Shown here piece by piece: positions 1 to 8,476 of a DNA stretch of 64,000 bases; position 1 is the first letter of the stretch, and each line of letters begins with the position of its first letter. The DNA is taken from IMG/VR virus record IMGVR_UViG_3300018080_000117, positions 1 to 64,000 of that record, one strand, 5' to 3'. Under the pieces are notes generated by a model. That model did no database searches, was not told where the DNA came from, and was given only the letters and a program-made list of their open reading frames with translations. Source of the stretch: a virus. The position numbers were made by a program, and so were the translations under genes.

Positions 1-403
1 AGCCTGTGCTTTTTTCGAGAGATTCTGCTTCGTCCGCTCTGGTTTTGGCAGTATCTATGGAAGAAAACTGAATGTCAGTCATCGATCTGCCGTAATTTCT
101 TGCAGTATTAGCCACTCTTTCTAATTGAGTACGTGTGTGTTTTAAAAGGCCTGTGCTTTTTTTGAGAGATTCTGCTTCGTCCGCTCTGCTTTTGGCAGTA
201 TCTCTGGCATTTTTTGCAACTTCTCTTGATGATTTAGCGGCATCTCCAAACAAACTACTCGCAGAGAAATTTTGAAGGTCCCCCAGTGACCTTGCTAAAC
301 CGGTTAGCTGAGTTTTTACCGCCCCGGCTCGTGTGCTCATCTCGTTTAAGGCTTTTGTTGCAGCCGTAATAGACGAAGGGTCAACACTAAATTCGTCAGC
401 CAT
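1..403 (-). CDS. Probable tape measure protein, N-terminal part (runs off the window)
   Basis: Not in the ORF track. ATG at 403 overlaps the TAA of the upstream ORF (TAATG). The frame MADEFSVDPSSITAATKALNEM... is open to position 1 and is Ala/Lys/Ser-rich. It lies directly after the tail chaperone pair. Confidence 0.75.
   Translation of the reverse strand, partial: MADEFSVDPSSITAATKALNEMSTRAGAVKTQLTGLARSLGDLQNFSASSLFGDAAKSSREVAKNARDTAKSRADEAESLKKSTGLLKHTRTQLERVANTARNYGRSMTDIQFSSIDTAKTRADEAESLEKSTG
2..203. repeat. Approximately 55-bp imperfect direct repeat inside the tape measure gene
   Basis: Copies at about 2-56 and 149-203 encode DTAKSRADEAESLKKSTG and DTAKTRADEAESLEKSTG. Confidence 0.9.
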
Positions 404-846
404 TAGCCCAGTTCTCCGTCGTCAATTTTTTCCCAGTGTCTCTGCAGTTCCTCAACAGTCATGTTTTGCAGTCTAGCCTGGTTTTCTAATCTTAGTTTTT
501 GGTACGCATCCATTTGGGATTGAGGGATCGTCAATTTGCCTGTGGCGTTGCCTTCGGCAGAATGCTTAGCAAAGTCTTGGTTGACGCGATCGAACGGAGC
601 TTCTTTCGTTGAGACTGGCTTTTTTTCACTTGGGGGGCTTAGATTATTAACAATTCCCCCCAAAGCACCTAGCCCTCCAGCACCAGACATCGCAATTTCT
701 TCCTTGCGCCAATCGAGCACGTATTCAGCAAGCAAAAGTTTGTGAAAGCCCGTCAGGTTTCGGTAGCGGTCGTCGGTTGGTAGGATTTGAAAGTAACGTA
801 GTATTTCTAAGTCAAGCCGAATTAGAACGTTGTCTTTGACTTTTTT
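403..846 (-). CDS. Tail assembly chaperone, -1 frameshift extension (gpT-like part)
   Basis: The frame of ORF 403..735 stays open upstream to the A-AAA-AAG slippery site (VKDNVLIRLDLEILRYFQILPTDDRYRNLTGFHKLLLAEY...). Confidence 0.8.
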   Translation of the reverse strand, partial: KKVKDNVLIRLDLEILRYFQILPTDDRYRNLTGFHKLLLAEYVLDWRKEEIAMSGAGGLGALGGIVNNLSPPSEKKPVSTKEAPFDRVNQDFAKHSAEGNATGKLTIPQSQMDAYQKLRLENQARLQNMTVEELQRHWEKIDDGELG

Positions 847-1307
847 TTTAGATCGTTCATTTTTTCGTCAATGCTTCCCGCAAAGTCTTGGTAAGCATCA
901 AACAGAGCGTCTAGGATTGGCGTGGAGCGTAGCTTTTGGGTTAAGATGTACTTTGCCTGGTCTAGCGAGTCTACGGGCTTAGAACCGAACACAGCCGTTT
1001 TAGAGGCGGTGTCCAAAACTAAGGGAGTGTCGTTGACAAGCACAATGGATCGAGCTAAGGTTTCAATCTGCTCTACGATAAACTTACCTGCTGGACTTGA
1101 GTACCTTTCCGACACCTCTGCAATATCCCGAATTTCGTAAGGCAGTAGGGTGCGAAACTGCACGGTAAGTTTATTTTTCTCGCCGTCGTCAAAAATAACA
1201 ATTCTATCCGACTTAGCGTAGCCCAGCATGAACATGTCTTCGTAAAGAGCAACCTGTTCTGGCGTAATGCCGTCAACGCTATCGGGTTTGGTAGGTTCTG
1301 CGGTCAT
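822..1307 (-). CDS. Tail assembly chaperone (gpG-like)
   Basis: 161 aa, between tail tube and tape measure genes. Ends in CTA AAA AAA AAG, a slippery run. Confidence 0.8.
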   Translation of the reverse strand: MTAEPTKPDSVDGITPEQVALYEDMFMLGYAKSDRIVIFDDGEKNKLTVQFRTLLPYEIRDIAEVSERYSSPAGKFIVEQIETLARSIVLVNDTPLVLDTASKTAVFGSKPVDSLDQAKYILTQKLRSTPILDALFDAYQDFAGSIDEKMNDLKKKSKTTF

Positions 1308-1349
1308 AGGCGGGCCTCGTTTCGTGGGTGCTACTAAGGTTTTGTTGAA

Positions 1350-1820
1350 CTAGTCTTCGTCTTCCTCGTCGAACCCTTCCTCTTTTTTCTGCCAGAGGTC
1401 GTAAACTTTTTCGCGGAGGTCTTGTTCCATCAAATAGAACGTGGTGATGGTAGCGATTTCGGAAAAGGTTTTTCCCGAATAGATGTCGGTACCCATCTCT
1501 GAGGTCACGTCGTCAGCGTCGCCCTTAGCCGCCTCGATTACAGGAATGTTGTAGGCATTGTAGATGATCCATTGGTGGCCATCCACAACTTCCCAAACAC
1601 GCTCCATCGCTTCTTCTTCAGACTCCGCCTCGTCTACGATGTCTTCAGCTAACGCATCGAGTTCTTTTTCATATTCGCTAGTTGTAATTTCTGCAGCCTT
1701 ACGGCGGATACTCGCACGTCTGGGCACCGGTCGGCGTGTAGCTTTGCGAATATTTTGACGAGCTTTTCTACGCAGAGCAGCACGACGGGCTTTGATTCTC
1801 AAAGAATTTGTTTTGCGCAT
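1350..1820 (-). CDS. Basic leader plus acidic Ocr-like DNA-mimic domain
   Basis: Likely start MRKTNS at 1820 after a (GA)n tract. The Arg/Lys leader ends RRKAA and is followed by a very acidic domain with EVVDGHQWIIY and an EEDED tail reminiscent of T7 Ocr. Confidence 0.55.
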   Translation of the reverse strand: MRKTNSLRIKARRAALRRKARQNIRKATRRPVPRRASIRRKAAEITTSEYEKELDALAEDIVDEAESEEEAMERVWEVVDGHQWIIYNAYNIPVIEAAKGDADDVTSEMGTDIYSGKTFSEIATITTFYLMEQDLREKVYDLWQKKEEGFDEEDED

Positions 1821-1842
1821 TAGCTTCTCTCTCTCTTGTTGG

Positions 1843-2394
1843 TTAGCCTTCTTCAACTTCTATTTCGTCGGTCAGTTCTTCTTTACCGGGAGGTCCTGAC
1901 ACATACACAAACGAACCGTCTTGCTCAATGTTGCTACCTTCGACGCTTTGGTAGTAATGTTTGACTGCCTTGGCACAAGCATCTGTCGGACAGTACATGT
2001 GATAAGTCCACCAACCGGGTTCCACACCTTCAGGATACATATCTTTGTCGGAATCCTCCGACCACTCGGCAGTCCAAACAAAAGCCGTATCATCGAAGTC
2101 CAGCAGAGCATACCAAGCATCGTACTCCGTATCGTACAGCCCAAGAAGAGTTCGGTCCATGTAGCCCGGAGCGCTAAACTCTGCGAAAAACCCTTTTTGC
2201 AATTCTAAGTCTTCGCCGTACCCTTCTTCAATCACGTCATCTTTTGAAAACATACTGGCCGGGAACCAGTCTCCCTCGCCATATTTGTTTTCCCCGTACC
2301 AGTATTCTCCCTCTGTAACCATGGGCTGCATAAACCCGGCACGACGGAAGATCGGTTGTCCTTGGGTTGCCTTTCGTTTATTTGTTTTGCGCAT
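1843..2394 (-). CDS. Basic leader plus acidic/aromatic domain protein
   Basis: Starts MRKTNKRKA...FRRAG, then a Glu/Asp/Trp/Tyr-rich body. Same start context as the neighbouring gene. Confidence 0.7.
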   Translation of the reverse strand: MRKTNKRKATQGQPIFRRAGFMQPMVTEGEYWYGENKYGEGDWFPASMFSKDDVIEEGYGEDLELQKGFFAEFSAPGYMDRTLLGLYDTEYDAWYALLDFDDTAFVWTAEWSEDSDKDMYPEGVEPGWWTYHMYCPTDACAKAVKHYYQSVEGSNIEQDGSFVYVSGPPGKEELTDEIEVEEG

Positions 2395-2414
2395 GGCTCT
2401 CTCTCTCTCTTAAA

Positions 2415-2906
2415 TTATTCGATTGAACCTGTTACGGTACGTACCATAACACTCATGGTCTCAACAACCCGAGCAGTACCAGTGTCTAACGTTTTGCCCC
2501 AAGACGTGGGAACACAGTCATGATAAACAAGCGTTCTGATTTTAGCGGGTTCTTCGGGGTCGGGCATTGGACGAGCACCGGGGGATACGGGAACACGCAT
2601 TTGCTCCTGGATATCGAAGCTGGTGTTCAAATCCTCGATCGAATAAACGTCGTAGCCCAAAGCTTCGTACAACGATTGTGTGTACAGCTCGGTGTAATTT
2701 AGGTCTAGGGTGGTGTCAGTACCACTCCACACAATCTCGTTAATCTCGGCACCCGCAGAAAACAACACCTCACGAATCGATTCGGCATTGCGCTGCGAAC
2801 GAGAACTAATCGAATTCAAAGATCCTACGGGACTGCCGTTAATAAAAATCGTGTACGAGTAGAAAACACTGTGTGCAGTGTTTGGAATCGTAGTTTTGTA
2901 AGGCAT
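2415..2906 (-). CDS. Tail tube protein
   Basis: 163 aa, directly after the sheath. Beta-rich, with the FDIQE...YHDCVPTSW...VVETMSV pattern of contractile tube proteins. Confidence 0.85.
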   Translation of the reverse strand: MPYKTTIPNTAHSVFYSYTIFINGSPVGSLNSISSRSQRNAESIREVLFSAGAEINEIVWSGTDTTLDLNYTELYTQSLYEALGYDVYSIEDLNTSFDIQEQMRVPVSPGARPMPDPEEPAKIRTLVYHDCVPTSWGKTLDTGTARVVETMSVMVRTVTGSIE

Positions 2907-2919
2907 GGTCTACTCCTCC

Positions 2920-4287
2920 TTATCCGAAGGTCAGGACGAAGGTAAATGTTACGTCCATGTAAGCCAGGCCGAACGCGGGTTGAACTTCTCCAGCGACATT
3001 CAACTGGCGCGGTTCTGTACCGTCTTGCAGGACAGTCACGTTTCGGTAATCTGCAATCGTCTCTTCCTGCTGCAAGTACGCCAAAATACCTTCCGAACTT
3101 TGCTTAACGGCATTCGGCAAGGTGTTTGTTATTGGCTTGTTGCGGTACACTTGCCAGAGCTTTTCCCGCCAGTACTTCTTGACGTAGTCTTTGACATCCT
3201 GCACGCCTAAGTCTTCCGTCAATGCCGATGTGGTATCGGTTGAAATCGCCATAATGTTTCTAACGATTCCGGAAGCACTCTTCGCAGGGCTTACTCCATT
3301 TTGCACCATGTAGTTTTGTTGACTTCGACTGAAGTTGTCGGTGAAGGTCAAGCCAGCAATGATCTCGTCGTAAATCGTCGCGCCGATTGGACCTGCGCAA
3401 AGCTTACCCGCAAGACCCGCGCAGTAGTAACGAGAATCTTTTGTACCTGTAAAGCCCGTTACCTGTAGCGTGCTGGGGATTGCTGGTACGATCATGCGCT
3501 CGTTTGCGTACGCTTGGGCACGAGTAGCGTAAGCAGTGTAGGCTGTGTTTTTAGGCATCGGATGCAGCACAGACCGTTCTTGCTTTTGCTCTGGCTGGCT
3601 TGCCAAAACGGCGTGGTTGAACAAAATGTTTGCCGCCGTTGTAGTGTTCAATGTCCCAGAACTCATCGGAACAAGCCAAAGCTTAGAATCAAAAATTTCT
3701 TCGAGTACGTCTACGGCATTCTCAAAAGCCGTTTCTAACTCGCTGTTTGAGGGATTATCGGGATCAGAAAATTCGCGATCGTCTAACTGAACTACGTACA
3801 CACCATTAGCACCGTTTTGAAAAGCTAGGTTAGCTCCTACAGATATGTCGTTGAGACTGCCGTCGGTACGTGTTTTGTTGCCGTGGTCGGTATAAACTAA
3901 GTTTTCGTTGAAGTACAAAGTCGCCTGGTATGCACTTGCAGCCCGCGTCTCTGTGTACGTGATGTAGTACTGATTTCCCTCTGTCGGTTGCGACCCGGCA
4001 GGACTCCAACTAATTCGATTCGAGCTGTCCCCGATAAGGTAGTAATCAGTGCCTTCGGTGTAGCTAGCACTCCCAGGCAAGGCACCCACCGAGACAATTT
4101 CGTTCACAGTTGAAATTGACGGGATATCATCCACCGACCCCACGCTACGGACGATCGCAGTGTTCTCTACGAGACGGTACGGATCGCCAAGGCCAACAAT
4201 GCAAGGGTAGCGTTGAAAGGCGGGTGGAGCGACAGTACCGGTGGAGTTAACCACTCGAACGATAATTCCGGGAATTCTTTCGGCCAT
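2920..4287 (-). CDS. Tail sheath protein
   Basis: 455 aa. N-terminal IPGIIVRV, C-terminal sheath pattern (LQQEETIADY...EPRQLNV...QPAFGLAYMDVTF). Confidence 0.9.
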   Translation of the reverse strand: MAERIPGIIVRVVNSTGTVAPPAFQRYPCIVGLGDPYRLVENTAIVRSVGSVDDIPSISTVNEIVSVGALPGSASYTEGTDYYLIGDSSNRISWSPAGSQPTEGNQYYITYTETRAASAYQATLYFNENLVYTDHGNKTRTDGSLNDISVGANLAFQNGANGVYVVQLDDREFSDPDNPSNSELETAFENAVDVLEEIFDSKLWLVPMSSGTLNTTTAANILFNHAVLASQPEQKQERSVLHPMPKNTAYTAYATRAQAYANERMIVPAIPSTLQVTGFTGTKDSRYYCAGLAGKLCAGPIGATIYDEIIAGLTFTDNFSRSQQNYMVQNGVSPAKSASGIVRNIMAISTDTTSALTEDLGVQDVKDYVKKYWREKLWQVYRNKPITNTLPNAVKQSSEGILAYLQQEETIADYRNVTVLQDGTEPRQLNVAGEVQPAFGLAYMDVTFTFVLTFG

Positions 4288-4344
4288 GGTTTTCGCTCCA
4301 TTATTTGATTTGTGTTGATCTTAGCTTTTTAAGCTTAGTCAATG

Positions 4345-4983
4345 TTAACTCTCGTCTAAATCCAAGCTCGCAGAAATATCCACAATGATATTTGCAAGAG
4401 TGTCCTCAGTATCGTTCCACTGTTCCCAACTCGCTGCTAACTCCCAGCTTAGGTTACTTGTGTAAACAGGGTAGTCCACAGCAGGCTCAAACACTTTGCC
4501 TTCACCAGACATCGCAGGAGGACTAACAATTTTGATGTCCTGGTCGAGAAAGTAATCTTTTGCTTCAGGACGAGATAAAAAAATCGAGACGATGTCCGAA
4601 AGATTATCTCTTTCGTGTGTGGTACGCGACAGACACATCAACGAAGCACTAATGTCAATGTCACCGCCCTCAAAATTGTAACCTGCAACCACCTCTCCGG
4701 GGGACACCAAAAGATTTTTCGTTATCGTCCTCTCTTGGAAGGTTGCATTCATCGAACCGATCAGCACTGCTGGAAGCTCGGGTCTCGATACCCAACTGTC
4801 TTCGGACGTAACGTAAGGAGTGTTGCTAAAAACTATTTTTTTGGTGCCGTCTGTAAAAAGGATAGCTTCTTTTTCGTAGGCCAAAAAGACGCTTCGTAAA
4901 AACTTAGTAATGTAGTCTTTTACGAAGCGCACTCCTCGATAATGCATCGTAATCGCCACGGGTTTAGCTCCCCACCACAGCAA
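4345..4983 (-). CDS. Tail completion/terminator-like protein
   Basis: Lies before the sheath, has an LPAVLIG motif and a fitting size. The true start may be a few codons downstream. Confidence 0.55.
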   Translation of the reverse strand: MLWWGAKPVAITMHYRGVRFVKDYITKFLRSVFLAYEKEAILFTDGTKKIVFSNTPYVTSEDSWVSRPELPAVLIGSMNATFQERTITKNLLVSPGEVVAGYNFEGGDIDISASLMCLSRTTHERDNLSDIVSIFLSRPEAKDYFLDQDIKIVSPPAMSGEGKVFEPAVDYPVYTSNLSWELAASWEQWNDTEDTLANIIVDISASLDLDES

Positions 4984-5875
4984 CGTTGTAGATACTACTT
5001 TTTGGATCGAGCAAACTCATCTCAAATTGCTGACTCACCAAAATGTTTTCTACGTAGATAGGCGTTGCGTTTGTGATCTGGTAGCGCTGACTAGTAGATA
5101 AACGAATAACAACGTCGTGCTCTACAAGATCGGGGGAATACGGCGGCGGGCTTGTCCAATAATTGTTGACGCTTGTTTGCAAAAACCCACCTGCAACAAC
5201 TTCGAAGTTTGTTAGGATGCCGGGAAAAGCAACTAAGAATTGATTAGGCGTCGGCTGTTTTCTAATTCTTGCGTTGGCATCTTCCCACTGCTCAAAAGAG
5301 AACAAGCTTGCCTGGTAAACGGGTTGGTTGTCCCGGATCGGTTGCATCCGGTATTGGTTGTTCAACGGGTTTATCGGCCCGTACTGGAAACTAACGTGCT
5401 TGCCTGTGGTAAATGGTGGAGTGTTGAAAACAACGTAGACAGCATCGATGATCGAATTGCCATCGGAGTCTAAATCGTCTTGGTAGACATCGAAGGCGTA
5501 TTCGTTGCGTCCGGAAATAAACGAGTGCTTGTCAACCGCGTCTTCCCACACCTCGGTCGCACCGCCGCCGCTGGCGGATACCGTAGTGGTTAGCGTACCG
5601 ATGTCCGGGTACGTCTCAACGGAATCTGTGTCGGCCCCCCAAAGCTTGTATCGCAGGTACCCCGTATCTGGGTCTAAGGTGTAGCTTGTGGCTTCTTTAG
5701 TCAGCCAATCCGCTCGACGACTAGCAAAAGCTTGTATTTCGTTAGCCCGACGAAGACGCTTGAGCAAATAGCAAGCTTCCCCGCCTGTCTCAAGTAAGGT
5801 GTGGTTCTGCCGTACTGCATAACTTAGCAGGCGTGTAGATCGTCGAGTCTTGTATGGTGCAACCCAGTGAGGCAT
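4964..5875 (-). CDS. Head-tail joining/neck protein
   Basis: GGEACYLLKR near the N-terminus and WT.P.P.L.EHDVVIR...RYQI at the C-terminus, typical of head closure proteins. Position agrees. Confidence 0.6.
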   Translation of the reverse strand: MPHWVAPYKTRRSTRLLSYAVRQNHTLLETGGEACYLLKRLRRANEIQAFASRRADWLTKEATSYTLDPDTGYLRYKLWGADTDSVETYPDIGTLTTTVSASGGGATEVWEDAVDKHSFISGRNEYAFDVYQDDLDSDGNSIIDAVYVVFNTPPFTTGKHVSFQYGPINPLNNQYRMQPIRDNQPVYQASLFSFEQWEDANARIRKQPTPNQFLVAFPGILTNFEVVAGGFLQTSVNNYWTSPPPYSPDLVEHDVVIRLSTSQRYQITNATPIYVENILVSQQFEMSLLDPKSSIYNVAVVGS

Positions 5876-5878
5876 TAC

Positions 5879-6292
5879 TTACTCCAACTGATCCCAAACC
5901 CTGTCGGCTTTTTCAAACATCTCCTCGACAGGCATAGATAAGAATTTTTTTCTTTTTCTAAGTTCAAGAGACTCGATCACATCGATCATTTTTTCGGCGG
6001 AAATGGGATCAATTAACAAGCCGTTAATCTCGCCTGGACTTTTTTTAGTCCAAATTTGCTTCAACGCATCAAACACGTCTTCACCCTGCACGTCCTTAAA
6101 CTCCATTTGGGCTAAACGTCTGAGGGTTCGGGACATAGGGATGTCCGCTGTTTTACGGAGGTGCTTAGCAAGCTTTTGGCACGCTTGCCGATAAGTAAGC
6201 CCCTCAGAAATAAACTTCAGAAGTAGCCGGTGGCTTGTCATAGGCGAGATCCTACCCTCGTGATTAGCTTTCGTCTTCAGGTGCGTATTCAA
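5879..6292 (-). CDS. Hypothetical virion-associated protein with basic leader
   Basis: Basic N-terminal half with LRKTA and RRLAQ motifs, helical C-terminal domain. Confidence 0.6.
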   Translation of the reverse strand: MNTHLKTKANHEGRISPMTSHRLLLKFISEGLTYRQACQKLAKHLRKTADIPMSRTLRRLAQMEFKDVQGEDVFDALKQIWTKKSPGEINGLLIDPISAEKMIDVIESLELRKRKKFLSMPVEEMFEKADRVWDQLE

Positions 6293-6560
6293 CTAATTCT
6301 TCTTCTGTCGAATCTTCCTGCATTAGTTCTTCCATCGAAGCCAGGTACTCGTAATACTTTGGGTGTTCTTCTAAATGAGCCCAAGCAATCTTTGCGGTTA
6401 GCTCTTCGTCGTCGTCTGTCACATTTGCAGCGGGAAAACGGGAACCATGCTCAAGCTCAATTTCCATACCTCGTGCGAGATCGATCGGCTCAAATGCCAC
6501 CAAGCCCCAATCGATTCCAATCCGTTCACCGATTTCTTTAGCTGTGTCCGCCGTCCACAT
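6264..6560 (-). CDS. DUF5661-family protein
   Basis: Motif GMEIELEH...NVTDDD...TAKIAWAHLEEHPKYY. ATG at 6560 has GAGG upstream, a better start than 6638. Confidence 0.75.
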   Translation of the reverse strand: MWTADTAKEIGERIGIDWGLVAFEPIDLARGMEIELEHGSRFPAANVTDDDEELTAKIAWAHLEEHPKYYEYLASMEELMQEDSTEEELVEYAPEDES

Positions 6561-6562
6561 AA

Positions 6563-8476
6563 CTAACCTCGTTCCTTGTTGATCATGTCCCACAAAACCG
6601 GCGCTTCGAGAATTGCAGCATAAGGAGAAAGCGCCCACAGGTTACCGTTTTCATCGTCTACTACGGTAAACTCCGCGTCCTCTTCGACTAAGTTATTCAG
6701 AAAAAGTTCGTGTTTGATTATGCTGCTTGCGCGGGTGTCGCCGTTGGGGCGCATAAGCAGTTCAGGCTCTTCAATTTGGTAGTGGTTGTTTAGCCAATTC
6801 GTAGTCACCTGTTTTAGCTTTTCGGGCCTGCCGGTCATATACACAACTCGATCAAAAAGCGACAGAAGGTCTCCTAGACACTTTTGGGCTTGCGGGATCG
6901 GCTCGTCTTTTTCCACCAGACGTTCTTCAAAAAATCCGTCGTAGTCCCCCTCTTGTGCTAGGTGCTGTCGGTGGCTAGCGTCAGCTAAGGTGCCGTCAAT
7001 GTCTAAGATTAGTACCTGTGGGAGGTTCTGAGCCTGTCTAAGAAGCTCGGCTGCCTTCTGCAGCTCCATGCCCCTATCTTCGGCTTCCTCAGCCTCCTGG
7101 GGGCTTAGATCAAGAATAATGGATTGCTTAGGGCCTTGGTTGAAAAAGTCGATTAGGTTCTTGTTTACGCTAAGTCCAAATTGGTCCAGGTACTGGTGGT
7201 ACCATTTCCATCCACCTTCGGGGCGGGGACCAATTGTGTGGAAATACTTATCGGCGTACTTTTTTAGTTTTTGTGATGCCTCTTCTTCAAACAACTTATC
7301 TTCAGGAACCGCAGGCTCTACGTCACTTTGTTTCAAGTAGTCTTGGTACAGCGTACGTACGTCGTAACTTGACTTCTCCAACGCACCGAGGATTTTTTCT
7401 TGTCCTGCTCGTTGCAACAATTCAGAAGCATGTTGCTTAAAGTCTTCGTCAAAATCGTCCCAGAAGTCTTCAAACTCATCCATCTGTTGCAGCTTAGCTC
7501 GATCTGATTGAGCGTAGGCAGGGAGTTTGTAAGAAGGAGAAGCTTTTGAAGCTTCAAGCAAGGCATCGTAGACAACATCGTACATTCCCAACAACAAGTC
7601 ATCGAGAAGGCCAAGTTCGATAATTACTTCGTTGTTGTATGGACGGTCTTCGATCCACAGCACAAAGCTAATCAAGTCGTCTAAATTAGCAGGTTCAAGT
7701 TGAGCCTTTTTTAGTTTTTGTGCAATCTGATCAACTAGCTCGTGTTCAAGTATTTCGTGAAAACCCAATCCAGTCTGTTCAAACTTGTCCATAACCATTT
7801 GCCGGAAGAACCGTGGATCGTCCTCCAGTTCCTCCAAGTACTCTTGTTTGTACTCGGCCATTTCGTTGACGATGTCGTCTATTCTAGTTTGCAACTGTTC
7901 ATCGGACAGAAACGGAACAAGCTCAAACGAGGCTATTTCGTCTTCAGTCAGAGGACGATCATACACCACAACCCCGTGCCGAAACTTTGGGTGCTGCTCA
8001 ACACCAATGTACCCTTTTGGAACGGTCGCAAATCCAATCGGTCTCAAAGGCACGCCATACCAATATTCAAGAGCGCTCACTTTGTACCTTCCAAGTTCGG
8101 TTTCTTGCTTAGATAAACCGTATTCCCTCTCCAAAAACTTAACTATGTTTGGGTTAACGACGTCTAAGTTCAAAACAGCGTCTGGTTCTACGTTTTTGTA
8201 CATCTCAAAGTTGCCCATCGCGATTTCAATAAGCTCTTTACCAAGGCCTTGCTTTTGGTAACGATGGTCAACAGCAACGTCGAAAGAGTATTCTCCGTTG
8301 CCGTAACCTTCCACAAGCGCAGACACGATAATTCCTTCGTCAGTGTCCACGTGCCCTGCTACAAATTCTTTGTCAGATAGAAAATTGATACCTTCCCTTT
8401 GTGCTAAAGCCCAAGGATCGTTGTTCACGAGGTCTGCGTCAAAAAGATCGTCTCCAAACAACAATTCGATTTTCAT
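6563..8476 (-). CDS. Polyvalent protein: GNAT + DarA_C-like + acidic domains + HAD (PNKP-like) phosphatase
   Basis: GNAT motif A (VAVDHRYQKQGLGKEL). YGVPLRP..ATVPKG...YDRPLT..E...FEL is DarA C-terminal-like. LDIDGTLA, TGRPE, LLMRP and VVDD are HAD motifs. Confidence 0.75.
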   Translation of the reverse strand: MKIELLFGDDLFDADLVNNDPWALAQREGINFLSDKEFVAGHVDTDEGIIVSALVEGYGNGEYSFDVAVDHRYQKQGLGKELIEIAMGNFEMYKNVEPDAVLNLDVVNPNIVKFLEREYGLSKQETELGRYKVSALEYWYGVPLRPIGFATVPKGYIGVEQHPKFRHGVVVYDRPLTEDEIASFELVPFLSDEQLQTRIDDIVNEMAEYKQEYLEELEDDPRFFRQMVMDKFEQTGLGFHEILEHELVDQIAQKLKKAQLEPANLDDLISFVLWIEDRPYNNEVIIELGLLDDLLLGMYDVVYDALLEASKASPSYKLPAYAQSDRAKLQQMDEFEDFWDDFDEDFKQHASELLQRAGQEKILGALEKSSYDVRTLYQDYLKQSDVEPAVPEDKLFEEEASQKLKKYADKYFHTIGPRPEGGWKWYHQYLDQFGLSVNKNLIDFFNQGPKQSIILDLSPQEAEEAEDRGMELQKAAELLRQAQNLPQVLILDIDGTLADASHRQHLAQEGDYDGFFEERLVEKDEPIPQAQKCLGDLLSLFDRVVYMTGRPEKLKQVTTNWLNNHYQIEEPELLMRPNGDTRASSIIKHELFLNNLVEEDAEFTVVDDENGNLWALSPYAAILEAPVLWDMINKERG

